DNA of 55,135 nt from Octopus sinensis. Lineage: Eukaryota. Where the stretch lies: contig NW_021833717.1 of NCBI RefSeq assembly GCF_006345805.1, positions 1 through 55,135 of the forward strand, written 5' to 3'. Positions 34,835 through 48,408 of this stretch are shown here, piece by piece. A program made the position numbers and the translations under genes. How positions within the stretch are numbered: the first letter of the stretch is position 1; every line of letters begins with the position of its first letter. A model generated the notes under the pieces. It worked only from the letters and a program-made list of their open reading frames with translations, did not search any database and had not been told where the DNA came from.

Positions 34835-34876
<42 letters not shown>

Positions 34877-36219
34877 AACTATATCAGGTATACAAACTAT
34901 ACCGGGCATCTCTGCAAGAAGTATTTGATATATATATAAGCTTTTCAATGTTTTGACGCCAATGAACGGTGAAGGCACTGTCAACTATTTCCTTAAAAAA
35001 TACGTATATACTCTACATCAATGTATTGAGTGCATTTTCAATAAATTGAATATCTTATTTTCGTCGACAAAAAGAAAAGAGAAATTAGCCAGAATAGTTT
35101 CAATCATGTGGATCAGCCAGGTGAGTCACAATCTTGTGTTGGTGTTTCATCAGCGATAAAGAACTTTCCTCACCTGTCCATGGAGACACTGCTTATAAAC
35201 AAATTATTACTTAGAAAAATTTTTTTATTTAAAAATATAACAAAGAGAACGACTTGCATACTTAAGGCATTTTCTAGTTCGATTAATAAATTATTGATCA
35301 ACAATGATTGGTTTCAATGTTTTATTTCCATTTACTTAGTCATTTATTAAATATTTATTTTCATTTCATCTAAAGACATGCTTAGATGTCAGAAGATGAT
35401 GAGGACAGCCTCGGGCGCGCTTTTTTATAACTTCTTGGACGAAGCCGTCTTGGAGAGGAGTTAGCTTTTTCAGGATGATTTACTCAAAATCTACAAAGAT
35501 GAAATCTCTGATGGTGTTACATTAATCCAATATGCTTGTAGTTCCTCGCCATCACCAAAACTAATTGAATCAAGCTAATTAAACTGTGATGACACGATTT
35601 TAATCAATTAGTTGCGTCAATTAGATCCCACAACTTCCCATTGGCTTTCAAAAGAGCTAATTCTTCTCCAAGCGCAGGCATGGCTATGAGATAAACAAGT
35701 TTGCTTGGTAGTCATGTAGCCTCGGGTTCAATCTCACTGCACAGCACATAGCTTCGAATTCACTAATGCTTTGTCATTGAAATAATTTGATACACGGAAG
35801 ACTGTTGTATATGTATGTATGAATGTATGTATGTATGAATGTATTTATGTATGTATGTATGTATGTATGTATGTATGTATGTATGTATGTATGTCTGAAA
35901 TATATACATCAATAAGAAAACCGTTAAACCGGTATCTCGAACCAAAATATCTTGTGGCATTTATTCCGCCTGATATGTACAGATACTCCTTTGTTATTCT
36001 CAAAACTGCATTGAAGCAATGATTGACCCGTTAGAAACTTATAACCAATGATATCATTGTTCATAAAATGCCTAGAATAAATTAACTGATTGTTAAATAG
36101 GTATTCCGAAGGCCATCTGGAAGCCCCCAAGAGTTAATGTTAAGAAACTAACAGTTTGCTCACACAGTCATTTCCACTAGGCCCCCCACCCACTAAAAAA
36201 TTATTTCAGTTCTTCGTCC

Positions 36220-38025
36220 CTAATATTGCATTCGTTTAAAAATATCCCACATCCAACGAACAACAGGCAATATCATTGCTCCTGTTGTAGGATCATCGCT
36301 TATCAGCAAGAATCGTTGAAGAATGCTATAATTCACAGACAATTCTTCCAAGAATTCCATTCGACTCTGCGATGCAATTAATTCCCTTTCGTCGTCTGTT
36401 AACCAAACAGAATTTGTCTCCTTCATGTCAATCTCGCTACAATCGTTTTCCACTTGAACAGTTTTGCTTTCATCTTCACCCAACTCATTATCGTTTTGAT
36501 CATCTTTTCTAATTACTTCAGAGTTCTTTTGGATTTCTTCATCCTTTGTTTCCATATATACATCTTGTTCTATATTTTGTCCAATTTCTTCAGTCACATT
36601 TTCAATTTTTACAACCTCCTTTTCAATTTTTTCAGCCCAGTGTTTTATTTGTACAGCTATTTTCTTCATTTCGGCGGCCTCGTTCTCTATTTCTAGAATC
36701 TCACTGCTCTTACTTTCCAATGTTTCCTCATTTATCGATTCCAACTCAAACTTAACCATTGGTTGGTTTTCTTTGATTGCCAATAATCTAACATTTACAT
36801 CATTTCTTTCTTCGGCACTGGGACTATCGGAATGCTTTGAGTTCGAATGAAACTCGAAATCTTCGCAGACGACACCCATATCAATAGCGTAGTCGTCGCT
36901 GTCGTCTGCAAACACGCTTTCGTCGATTTCAGTCGCGTCTGTTTCATTATCAAAACTAAGGTCGTCATAATTAGCATCATCATCATCGTCGTCGTCATCG
37001 TTATATTCATCATTAACCCCAATTACTTCATGTTTATCCCTTTCTTTGACTGTTTTGGGAACATAATTACATGTGTAGGTCCGGTTAGTAGCACTGTCAG
37101 AGATATTCTTACTGACGCAGGACCCGGCATACTCTGCTTCATCACTGTCATTTTCAGTTTTATTGATATTTTCATCTGCTGACACGTAAGAACTCGCCGT
37201 CTGGCAGCTATCCAACTGTTCATATATCTCTTCCTTAAGGCTGTTCCCTGAATTGGAATATGTGCTAAACATGGTTTGATCTACCACGTCCAAGTGAGTG
37301 CTGCGATTGAATTCGAGTGAATAGTCATCAGAATACGATATTGTATCATCTTCACCATCTTTTATATCTGTGTCAACTCTTATACCAATCTCGTCCTCCT
37401 CTGCGTCTGTATATACATCAATTCTTGGAAATTCTTCGCTCAGAGAAACAGAATGCGTTTGGTTTTCTCCGAGATTTTGAGTTGAATCCTGAAGAGACCC
37501 AAGTTCTCTGCAACGAAGGATCTCACTGCGTGCAGTTTCTTTGGAAGCTAAATTGTTAGCGTTGGCAAATTCCACGCTGTCTCTTTCTTTACTGAGGCCG
37601 GCATCCAGAAATTGGAACATATTTTCCATAACTCTGCTAATCTCATCAAGAATAAATCCGCTTTCTACATTACATTGATAAATGTCAGCCATATTCTCAC
37701 AGTATGGATTCTTCAGCGAGGTGAAGAACTCGCAGCTTAAATGCCGAGTTTTTAAGAAGAGTTCACGCTTCTTGCGATCTTGAAGGTTTCTTTCGAATTG
37801 TTTTTTATTTCGACCGAATTCAAAAAGTTTTCGATTTCGGTTTTTTTCTGAGCTTCTGTCTACATCGGGTTTTCCTTGGGAGATTTCTCCTGACCCACTT
37901 TTCCTCTTGACCTCATCTTTCTTCCCGTCGTTGTTGTTGTTGTTGCTGCTGCCGTTGGTGGTGGTGTTGTTATTGTTTTTGTAACTGTCTGGTACCAGGT
38001 CGTCATAGGCATCATCAACCAAAAT
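36220..38025 (-). CDS. Large terminal coding exon of an unidentified acidic, largely disordered protein
   Basis: 601 open codons in AT-rich DNA, non-repetitive and D/E/S/N-rich. A strong acceptor ttttcttttcaaaag|ATT TTG GTT is in phase 0, the stop is TAG at 36220, and there is no in-frame ATG start, so upstream exons are required. Confidence 0.75.
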   Translation of the reverse strand: MLVDDAYDDLVPDSYKNNNNTTTNGSSNNNNNDGKKDEVKRKSGSGEISQGKPDVDRSSEKNRNRKLFEFGRNKKQFERNLQDRKKRELFLKTRHLSCEFFTSLKNPYCENMADIYQCNVESGFILDEISRVMENMFQFLDAGLSKERDSVEFANANNLASKETARSEILRCRELGSLQDSTQNLGENQTHSVSLSEEFPRIDVYTDAEEDEIGIRVDTDIKDGEDDTISYSDDYSLEFNRSTHLDVVDQTMFSTYSNSGNSLKEEIYEQLDSCQTASSYVSADENINKTENDSDEAEYAGSCVSKNISDSATNRTYTCNYVPKTVKERDKHEVIGVNDEYNDDDDDDDDANYDDLSFDNETDATEIDESVFADDSDDYAIDMGVVCEDFEFHSNSKHSDSPSAEERNDVNVRLLAIKENQPMVKFELESINEETLESKSSEILEIENEAAEMKKIAVQIKHWAEKIEKEVVKIENVTEEIGQNIEQDVYMETKDEEIQKNSEVIRKDDQNDNELGEDESKTVQVENDCSEIDMKETNSVWLTDDERELIASQSRMEFLEELSVNYSILQRFLLISDDPTTGAMILPVVRWMWDIFKRMQY

Positions 38026-38104
38026 CTTTTGAAAAGAAAATTAAAGAAAAATACAAAGAGAGGAATAAAAAAAGAAAAAAAACTTGATAACTTATTTGTT
38101 TCTG

Positions 38105-38773
<669 letters not shown>

Positions 38774-39330
38774 TCTTACAAAGAAAAAAACTAGTTTCTG
38801 ACAAACAAAACAACTCTCCATCACTGGAAACTGAAATAACAACAACGAAATGTAAAATGTTGAACTCTGAAGAAATCTTGTATATTTTTACTGTTACGCA
38901 TATATTTGTTACATTTGCGAAGGTCGTGCTAGCTGCTCCCTTTCTTCGCTTTTCGAAAGCCACATGTACGAGTATTTATTTGCATAAATATGAATTTATA
39001 ATCAAAGTAGAACAGTCGCAGGTTTCGAAGTAGCCCCTTTAGTTCAGGGAGGCAACACACACTTGGCAGTGTGGGTAATTCTAGCTTTGTAAGGTTCCTT
39101 CATTGGTTCATTGTAGCTGTTTTCGTTGCCAACTTGTTTCAAAATTAATTCTACATCGTCTCTTTTCACTACCACTGTTTTTTGTCATTTATACGTATAA
39201 TATTCCCTCATCGTTGTCCTTGTGGCAAATAAAGAAGCCATTATTGTTCTTGTCGTTGCCACTGTTATTGTTATTTCTATATTGTTATTGTTGTTGCTAC
39301 TATAGATGTTGCTGCTGCTGCTGTTTGTTT

Positions 39331-39715
39331 GTTGAGCGAAGCGGTCTTCGTCCCAGAGCTCGCAAGATCGCGCCTCTGTAGTGGGAGAAGTCCGAAACGT
39401 GATCCTTTGCTATTCGTAACCCTCAGAAGAGAAAGCAGGTCAACCCCCGACACCGAGAGCATCGACGGATGGATGAATGCGCATCCAGGCTCAGCGGTTG
39501 CGTAGGAGGTCGGGGACAAGAAACAGGAAGAAAGAGTGAGAGAAAGTTGGGGATGAAAGAGTACAACAGGGGTCGCCATCACCCCCTGCCGGAGCCTCGT
39601 GGAGCTTTGGGTGTTTTCGCTCAATAAACACACACAACGCCCGGTCTGGGAATCGAAACCGCAATCCTATGACCGCGAGTCCGCTGCCCTAACCATTGGG
39701 CCATTGCGCCTCCAC
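39331..39715 (-). mobile_element. SINE family C, tail gamma
   Basis: Same head as 7773 with a different tail; near-identical to 50960-51330. Confidence 0.88.
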
Positions 39716-39729
39716 TAGTTTCTGCTGTT

Positions 39730-39920
39730 GGGGCGATGGATTGGTAGAATCGTTTTGGCATCGAAAGAAACGTCCTACGGTAATTGTTCTGGTTCTTTAC
39801 ATTCTGCGTTCAAATCCTGCCGAGGTGACCCTTGTCCTTTATCCCTCTAGGGGTCGATAAAATAAAGTAGCAGACAAGTACTGGTGCCGATGGTATCGAC
39901 GAATCACTTCCTCTAAAAAC
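39730..39920 (+). mobile_element. Old family B-like SINE
   Basis: Diverged head and central domain. Confidence 0.55.
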
Positions 39921-40049
39921 TGTAACTATAATCGTTGCTGAAGTTCTTACTATTTGTATTTCATTCAAAATAACTCATCTCCTCGTGAATTCATCCTCCT
40001 CAAAGACATCAACAGACACAGCCGTCTATCGATTTCACATTCTTCCCCA

Positions 40050-40700
40050 AACACTAATTCCTTGGGGGTCAGAGAAGAATGGTTTGCTATTCTTAACTCT
40101 CTGTACCATTTCATACTTGCTTAGTATTCCTCCACCACCCTCACTAATCCGGCCACCCTACAAAAGCTCTTAACTTTTTGCGCACCTCTTGACCTTTATC
40201 CTGCAACCTCTGTCTCTGTATTCATCAGAGTCCCAGCCGAGGCCCCTCTCACTACATCATTCCGCTGCAGGCTTCCCTTCCCAGAGCGAGCCAGCGGAGC
40301 TAGACCGAGGGGGCGGTAAAAGGCCTGACGGTATAACAATTTTCCCGTTCGGTGGCGATAGGCCCCTCATTTGGGATTTCACATGCTGTGGAACCTTCTC
40401 CATCGGCAACTTGGTATGTCCAGCTACCAGCTCAGGTTCTGCTGCTCATCTGGCTGAGAAAAGTAAACTGTCAAAGTGCCGGTCGCTCTCTAACAGCTTT
40501 ATGGTCGAGCCTGAAGCAGTGGAGACCTCTGATGTTCCCAGCCCACGGACCTTATCCCTGTGCACCACTATCAGAGCGGAGATGGTTATCCGCAAGTGCG
40601 AGCCCCGTGGGTTAGAGTGGCAGTTCTAGCACCTCTCCCTCATCATCCTCTGGGGCAATGCCTTTTCCATTTTGTCTGCTGGGACCACGAGGCGGTATCA
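40050..40700 (+). mobile_element. CRE-clade-like non-LTR retrotransposon C-terminus (restriction-like endonuclease), degenerate
   Basis: EP..L.R.GGKRPDG, LIWDFTC..T, AEKSKLSK, AVETS and L.II.WGNA.SIL match the RPDG/WD/E..K..K/QRGNA pattern of CRE-type RLE domains. Confidence 0.7.
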
Positions 40701-41380
40701 ATTACAGGAAATCGAGAGAATGTAAGAATTTCGTAGCTTTTTTTTTATCAATATTCCCCAAGCACTGCATATATTTTTTAATCTATATTAAATAGTAGTG
40801 CTCTGTTATAAAATGGACCAAAAGGCCGAGATGGTCAAACTATTAACTCTAAAAGTTGTCTGCTATTTCAAATTAATTAAAACAGGGTTTATCAAAGTTT
40901 ATCAGGTCACGTGAAAAAATATTCTGGGAATCTGTGAAATACGAATTCTTTCAATAAAATTTAATTTAAAAAGTTATTTTAAAAGATCTTATTCACCATT
41001 TATAAAACAATAAATTATTTTATACTTTTATGTGAATAGATTCTCTTTTCACAAAAAAAAATTGTTTCATTTCATGTTTTATTAAAATTGGGGAGGCAGG
41101 GTGTTGTCCCCAAAATATCTTCAGGGGTTTTACTTTTCTCTATTTTGTATATTGGTGCCACAACAAAATAAGGTTGGAACCTACAAAGTGAAAGGTCGGA
41201 ACTACTTCTGACTAAAAGAAGAAATTACACTTCAACCGTGAATCACCTGAAGTATCTAAATTAACAACCGGTACCATCCACCTGGGTAGTTCTTTTTCAA
41301 CACTCACACAAACAAATCTCACATCCTCAGCACAACCACCCCTCGGGTCTCATCAGCTACACAGCTACATCACAGTTATA

Positions 41381-41734
41381 GGAGACCCCCTTCGGTTATG
41401 AATGACCATGGGATTGCACCTAGAAAGTTGCCTTCCAAATCACAAGTCAGGGCAAGATTGTTTGTGGAAGGCCAGCAGTTGCCCATGCATACCACCAGCA
41501 GTTGCCCATGCATACCACCTCCTCACCACTGATGTTACCCAAGGGAAAGGCAAAGGGGCCGATACAGCTTGGCACCAGTGACGTCGCAACTCATTTCTAC
41601 AGATGAGTTAACCGGAGAAACGTGAAATAAAGTGTCTTGCTCAAGAAGACACCACACAGCTCTGTCCGGGAATCGATCTCACAACCTCACGATCGAAAGC
41701 TCTATGCTCTAACCGCTAAGTCACGTCCCTTCAC
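41381..41734 (-). mobile_element. tRNA-headed SINE family D with 14-bp TSD
   Basis: acatcacagttata at 41367-41380 and 41735-41748. Confidence 0.88.
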
Positions 41735-41879
41735 ACATCACAGTTATACAGACTCAGAAAACCCACATAAGTCATCCACCCATGCAATGTCTATAACTTA
41801 ATCATCAGAATAGTGACGTATACAATATAGTCTGCAATCTCTCCTGATCCCTCCATTTCAGTCCGGTCCCTTGCCAAAA

Positions 41880-42044
41880 GGCGCAGGAGTGGCTGTGTGG
41901 TAAGTAGCTTGCTAACCAACCACATGGTTCCGGGTTCAGTCCCACTGCGTGGCATCTTGGACAAGTGTCTTCTGCTATAGCCCCGGGCCGACCAATGCCT
42001 TGTGAGTGGATTTAGTAGACGGAAACTGAAAGAAGCCTGTCGTA

Positions 42045-42121
<77 letters not shown>

Positions 42122-42378
42122 TGTGTGTGTGTGTGTGTGTGTTGTGTGTGTGTGTATGTGTCTGTGTGTGTGTGTGTGTGTTTGTCCCCCTAGCATTGCT
42201 TGACAACCGATGCTGGTGTGTTTACGTCCCCGTCACTTAGCGGTTCGGCAAAAGAGACCGATAGAATAAGTACTGGGCTTACAAAGAATAAGTCTCGGGG
42301 TCGATTTGCTCGATTAAAGGCGGTGCTCCAGCATGGCCGCAGTCAAATGACTGAAACAAGTAAAAGAGTAAAAGAGTA
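41880..42378 (+). mobile_element. SINE family A (full length)
   Basis: Near-identical to 361-795. Confidence 0.92.
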
Positions 42379-42389
42379 ACTAACTTTTA

Positions 42390-42600
42390 AGTAGGCTCCA
42401 AGGACGTCCAAAATTTCGTTTTTTATGATCATCTCCAGCGGTCCCTCACTTTATGTGATATCCCTCTCGATCGGTTGGAGCCCCTGGTTGTTAATCTGAA
42501 GGTTTTTGGAGGTCCATATGTGATGCTGGAGTAGAAAGTTTTGAAACCAAACTGCGGAGATTGCATGAAGAGAAGAGATGTCATCATCAACCCATGGCTA
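42390..42600 (+). mobile_element. RTE/BovB-like LINE C-terminal remnant
   Basis: With frameshifts reads RLQGRPKFRF.DHLQRSL..CDI...LE.L..N..WRSICDAGVESFE. Confidence 0.55.
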
Positions 42601-42607
42601 TCAACCC

Positions 42608-43018
42608 AGGCGCAGAAGTGGCTGCGTGGTAAGTAGCTTGTTTACCAACCACATGATTCTGGGTTCAGTCCCACTGCGTGGCACCTTGGGCAAGTGTCTT
42701 CTACTATAGCCTCGGGCCGACCAAAGCCGTGTGAGTGGATTTGGTAGACGGAAACTGAAAGAAGCCCGTCATATATATGTATATATATATATGTGTGTGT
42801 GTGTGTGTTTGTGTGAGTGTGTTTGTCCCCCTAGCATTGCTTGACAACCGATGCTGGTGTGTTTATGTCCCCGTTACTTAGCGGTTCGGCAAAAGACACC
42901 GATAGAATAAGTACTGAGCTTACAAAAGAATAAGTCCCGGGGTCGAGTTGCTCGATTACAGGCGGTGCTCCAGCATGGCCGCAGTCAAATGACTGAAACA
43001 AGTAAAAGAGTAAAAGAG
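42608..43018 (+). mobile_element. SINE family A (full length)
   Basis: Similar to 361-795. Confidence 0.9.
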
Positions 43019-43485
43019 AGAAAGAGTAACCCCCCTGCATCTGTTCTTCGGGGTTACTTTCAGTACCCTCAGTGCTGCAGGATTTGCCTATCCCGTATCG
43101 GTCACGCCAGCCATGGCCGCTCCCATGAGAAACAATATGTTGGGGAGGAGGAGGATGGATGTCTTTGATCGACGTTCTCATCACCTTTGATGGGCCGTCA
43201 TAAGCAAGTAAGCAAATTGAGGGAAAAAATGTAAAACACCGGACTAAATACTTCACAGTCATTATTTTTTGATCCGCTGTTGACACTGGTGAGATTTGAA
43301 CTTAGAATACATCGCAACATCACTCTAAACTTTAACAGTGGACATTCTAAAGTTCAACTATGATCATTCAAAGTGCAACTAATATCATTCAAAGTGTTAT
43401 TATGATCACTCAAGGTGCAGTTATAACCATTCAATATGCAGTTATGATCAATCAAAGAGCAACCAGGATCAGTCAAAACGAAAGT

Positions 43486-43804
43486 CGGATCCGGGACCCC
43501 CTTCGGTCACGACACTGACCATGGGATGGCACCTAGAAAGTTACCCTCCTAGTCACAAGTCTGGGCAAGGTTGTTTATGGAAGACCAGCAGTCGCCCATG
43601 CATACCGGCCTCCCCTCTCCACGCCACCAGTGTTATTCAAGGGAAAGACAAAGGGGCCGATACAGTTTGGCACCTGTGACGTCGCAACTCATTTCTACAA
43701 AGTGCCTTGCTCAAGAACACAACACGCAGCCCGGTCCGGGATTCGAGCTCACAACCTCACGATCGTAAGCTCGACGCTCTAACCACTGAGCCATACGCCT
43801 TCAC
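43486..43804 (-). mobile_element. SINE family D with ~12-bp TSD
   Basis: caaaacgaaagt on both sides; homologous to 41381-41734. Confidence 0.88.
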
Positions 43805-44040
43805 AAAACGAAAGTAAGATCCTTCTAAAGTTGTACTATGATCCTTTCAAAGTTGAAATACGGTTATTCTAAGGACCATCTATATCATTCCGCCATCAAC
43901 TCCTTCACTTAAACTTTTCTTAATAACGTCGAAACTATTTCAATTAAATGTTCGCCTTTCTTACCGTTTTAAATACAAAAACTGACATGATAACTTGTCA
44001 AACCAAATCATTATTATACAAGTTCAAAATGATGATTATG

Positions 44041-44102
<62 letters not shown>

Positions 44103-44584
44103 TTTTGTCTTGGTATAAGATGGGGCTACAGCAATATTCTGCTCAATACCACAGATTTGCTTGTCAGTTGTTTGACCTTAACCAGTTGAGCATATCCCTT
44201 AGGGGCTGACGATATGTGCATCTCTGATCACGAGCAGAAGTAGTGGGGAGCATCATAGCCATGTGTTGAGAGGGATTCTTGGAGGTTTGAATAATTCACC
44301 TCTGGAAACTGGGTGATTCTTTCAAACATTCAACATCCTAAACAAAAACCCTTATTCAGGGACCTTTTGAGCGGGATGGGCTACTCAACCTGAAGAAAAT
44401 TCTAACTGGGCCCCACCTGCAAGGTCATGTGCTGTTTATCTTGATATGAGATCACCATGTCGCGCACATATGTTGTGAATGCTGTGCCTGGTGTACTTTA
44501 TCAGACGGTAGTCATGATGGTTATATTGGGCTTCGTATATTTTACCCCAGTGTCACTTTGATGGCATGAACTGCTCTCTCACTC
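44103..44584 (+). mobile_element. ~480-bp non-coding retroelement fragment embedded in (AAT)n
   Basis: (AAT)n at 44040-44102 and 44584-44652; 3' end ctctctcactcaataataat. Confidence 0.5.
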
Positions 44585-44594
44585 AATAATAATA

Positions 44595-44652
<58 letters not shown>

Positions 44653-45220
44653 TATAAAAAAACAAAGTAAAATTACCAGTTTGAGGTGATTTATTCTTTT
44701 TATTTTAGAGGATGATCAAATTTTATTTTTGGTAACGGCAAGGTTTAATCTTTATTAATCCATCCATAATTAAAACATATTAATAATGTATCTTTTGGGT
44801 TTTTCTTATTTTATTGTATTACTGTGTTTTTGTTTTGTTTTTTTTATGTTTTGTTGTTTTCTTTTTTATTTTAATTATTTATTTTGTATCATTTTTTTTT
44901 CTATTTTTTATATGGCCCCTTTTACAGGATATTTGGAATTGTTGAAAAGGAAGAGGGGAAACAATTATCCTGCTATGAATGTCCATAACAGGGCATATTC
45001 CTCTAAAAACAGTGAAGGGATCAAGTGATGGCGTTAAACCGATTTAATCGGATTAGTCAACCACTCAAGAAGCTCCAGCGAGTTTTCACACAAACTCCGA
45101 AAAAGCAAATTTCGAAAGGCCTTGATAGACCGAAGCTTCTGGCAGAAGACATTTACTCGAAGTGCCTCGCAGTGTGCTTGAAACCGAAATCACCTTTCTT
45201 TCTTTCTTTTTTTTCTTTTC

Positions 45221-45432
45221 TTTTATTTGTTTCAGTCATTTGACTGCGGCCATGCTGGAGCACCGCCTTTAGTCGAGCAAATCGACCCCAGTACGTATTA
45301 TTTGTAAGCCTAGTACTTATTCTATCGGTGTCTTTTGCCGCACCGCTAAGTTATAGGGACGTGAATACACCACATCGGTTGTCAAGCGATGGTGGGGTGA
45401 CAAACACTGACACACAAACACACACACATCTA

Positions 45433-45512
<80 letters not shown>

Positions 45513-45880
45513 CGACGTGCTTACCAACCACATGGTTCCGGATTCAGTCCCACTGCGTGGCACCTTAGGCACGTGTCTTCTACTATATCCTCGGGCCGAC
45601 CAAGACCTTGTGAATGGATTTAGTAGACGGAAACTGAAAGAAGCCCGTCGTATATGTATGTGTGTGTATATGTTTGTGTGTCTGTTTTTGTCCCCCCAAC
45701 ATCGCTTGACAACCAATGCTGGTGTGTTTACGTCCCCGTAACTTAGCAGTTCTGCAAAAGAGGCCGATAGAATAAGTACTAGGCTTACAAAGAATAAGTC
45801 CTGGGGTCGATTGTCTCGACTAAAGGCGGTGCTCCAGCATGACCACAGTCAAATGACTGAAACAAGTAAAAGAGTAAAGA
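45221..45880. mobile_element. Two family A SINE pieces in opposite orientation
   Basis: Minus-strand 3' half at 45221-45425; plus-strand copy from mid-head at 45517-45880. Confidence 0.8.
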
Positions 45881-46423
45881 AAGAGAATGTTGTTATAAAT
45901 ATCCCGCTGTACACTTTATTTGGGTGATATTTACCCATTTTTATGCATATATATATAACATTCATTTTTTACTATGTGTGTGTGTATATATATGTGCGTA
46001 GATATGTGCGTATGGTGCGTATATGAATTTGTTTTAAGTTTTGCCTAATGTGCGCGCGAAGAGAGAATCAAGGATGGGGGTCTCTGGGCCATGCATTAGC
46101 AACCTTTCTCAAGAAATAGGGCACATGAGACATGGTTGATCATCTGGCGGGCCGCACTAGTAAAAGAAATTCGAGATAATTTCTTGTTCAGGCATGCCAT
46201 CCAAAAGCCCCGCGGGCCGCTGTATCCTTTGACTGCTCTACACGGCTACTTCACTTGCTAGAAATAACAGCTAAATTTTCCTCAATTTTCATCCTATCAT
46301 CTTAGAAAGGAAGGCCACATTGAACAATGTAGCCTCGACTAAACAAAAGAAACATGATTGTCATCGCTGGAACGCCTTCGATCCTAGATCTGTTCGATCA
46401 GAGCAGATACGGGCCTAAATAAT

Positions 46424-46752
46424 AACTGGCACTCCGTCGGTTACGACGACGAGGGTTCCAGTTCCTCCACTCAACGGAACAACCTGCTCGTGAAATTAAC
46501 GCGCAAGTGGCTGAGTACTCCACAGACACGTGTACCTTTAGCGTAGTTCTCAGGGAGATTCAACGTGACCCAGAATGTGACAAGGCTGTCTCCTTTAAAA
46601 AAAACAGTCCAACTCATTTTTGCTAGCTGGGTGAATTGAAGCAAAGTGAAATAAAGTGTCTTGCTCAAGGACACAACGCGCTGCCGAGAATCGAACCCAC
46701 TATCTTACGATCGTGAGCCGAGCACCCTAACCACTAAGCCACGCGCCTTCAC
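46424..46752 (-). mobile_element. SINE (gtgaaggcgc head, tail beta)
   Basis: Uninterrupted relative of 28507-29070. Confidence 0.82.
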
Positions 46753-46834
46753 GATCTATATGATAACAACAACTACTACAAGCCAACTCCGCCACCATAT
46801 TTGCCTTTTTGACAACACACAATTCTTAAGTAAA

Positions 46835-47160
46835 TATTAGTTAGGGTTAGGGTTAGGGTTGGGGGTGGGGAAAGGGTATCTTTTTTCTTCACAAATGTAA
46901 ATAAATCCAATCTGTTTCTTAAACGAGGGACATATTCATTATGCACAGAATGTTATTTACCTAAATGGACGCCAGTGATTGGTTAAAATTGCCGAAATGC
47001 AAGAAATTAAAGACGAAATATATTAGAACCTATAGAATTTTCTCAATAAAGCCAAGAGAAAAAGATGTTTTCTAAACACATTCTACCAGTATACGAAGTT
47101 TAAAACTTTTTAGTTACCTAGAAATTATGTTACAAACTGCCGTTCAAAAGGAAAAGATCC
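46835..47160 (+). mobile_element. MITE, 5'-truncated copy
   Basis: Matches 53510-53830; ends aaaagatcc. Confidence 0.82.
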
Positions 47161-47529
47161 AATATTTTCTTCGAAGTTGCTGGCCTTGTGCCAAAATTTG
47201 AAACCAATTTTATTCATTGACTGAGGCATCAGAAATGTTCAGAAAGTAGAGTAATAATTTAAATTATCATTTTTCAATAACTTAAGTTTAAATTTTGCTG
47301 CTATAGACTTTGCCTTTGTTCTTTTGTCGCCAATAAAATATATATTAGTAATGCATTGGTATATATTAGTAATGCATTGGTATATACTAAAGCATTACAG
47401 TTGCATTACTAGTTCTCTGGTTACCATTATTTTCAAACCAGATGTGCCAAGTCTAATGTTAATATCTCTTTCCGTCAAATTTTAAGTAAAATGTTTTCAC
47501 TGTTGCTCCATACTTCATATATAAGGATA

Positions 47530-47910
47530 TAAGGCGGCGAGCTGGCAGAAACGTTAGCACGCCGGGCGAAATGCATAGCCGTATTTCGTCTGCCGTTACG
47601 TTCTGAGTTCAAATTCCGCCGAGGTCGACTTTGCCTTTCATCCTTTCGGGGTCGATAAATTAAGTACCAGTTACGCACTGGGGTCAATATAATCGACTTA
47701 CTCCGTTTGCCTGTCCTTGTTTGTCCCCTCTGTGTTTAGCCCCGTGTGGATAGTAAAGAAATAGGTATTTTGTCTGCCGCTACGTTCTGAGTTCAAATTC
47801 CGCCAAGGTCGACTTTGCCTTTCGTAGTCGATAAATTAAGTACGAATGAAACACTGGGGTCAATGTAATCGACTAGGTTCCTCCCCACAAATTTGAGTCC
47901 TTGTGCCTCC
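47530..47910 (+). mobile_element. SINE family B dimer (Tx1-tailed unit inside an alternative-tail host)
   Basis: head-site-body-Tx1 tail, then ggtattttgtctgccg (47764), body and alternative tail. Confidence 0.85.
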
Positions 47911-48368
47911 AGTAGAAAGGGTCATTACCCCATATATAGATGTGTCATCTCTCACAAATAGATCACAGACTGGATCATCTATAATTCTATCCTTAACGTT
48001 CAAATATCAAATCAATCCGATCCCTTTCCGCTTTCCCTGACAATTCAAATCAAGAATTAACTCCCGATCCTTTCTCTAAGATTTCCCCTCATCGATATCC
48101 CAAAATTCATTTGTTTTGTTTAGTGTTCCCAAAATAATTGTCTTGCTGCCCCCAATAGCTAAAATGACCAACACTTACCCCACATTTGAATTTCATTTAA
48201 TTCCTCCCTTAAAATATGATAACCTTTAAAAAATGATATCAACCTGATCCTTTCCCTAAAGTCCGGATTTAGGGCCAAGTTTTTTTACCTTCCCAGACAC
48301 TCTGAATACAGAACCACCCTTGATCCCACTTTAAAGGTTCTGATGCGTGATCAAACCCTCATCTCTTC

Positions 48369-48408
<40 letters not shown>

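Noticed and set aside
35380-35560. Protein-like reading (MSEDDEDSLG..FYNFLDEAVLE..DDLLKIYKDE)
   Set aside because: It needs a frameshift and read-through of a stop, and I recognise no family.
35924-36117. Minus-strand ORF with a plausible acceptor as a next exon of the acidic gene
   Set aside because: The large exon reaches a stop at 36220 with no convincing donor before it.
38830-39200. Candidate upstream exons on the minus strand (e.g. NLTKLELPTLP, LRR-like)
   Set aside because: Frames are short and stop-bounded, with no clear acceptor/donor pair in phase with 38025.
42831-43286. 151-aa minus ORF
   Set aside because: It runs into SINE sequence and the unique part has no recognisable motif.
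46843-46865. (TTAGGG)3 telomere-like tract
   Set aside because: It is an internal part of the MITE, and similar tracts occur in the copies at about 21040 and 53520.
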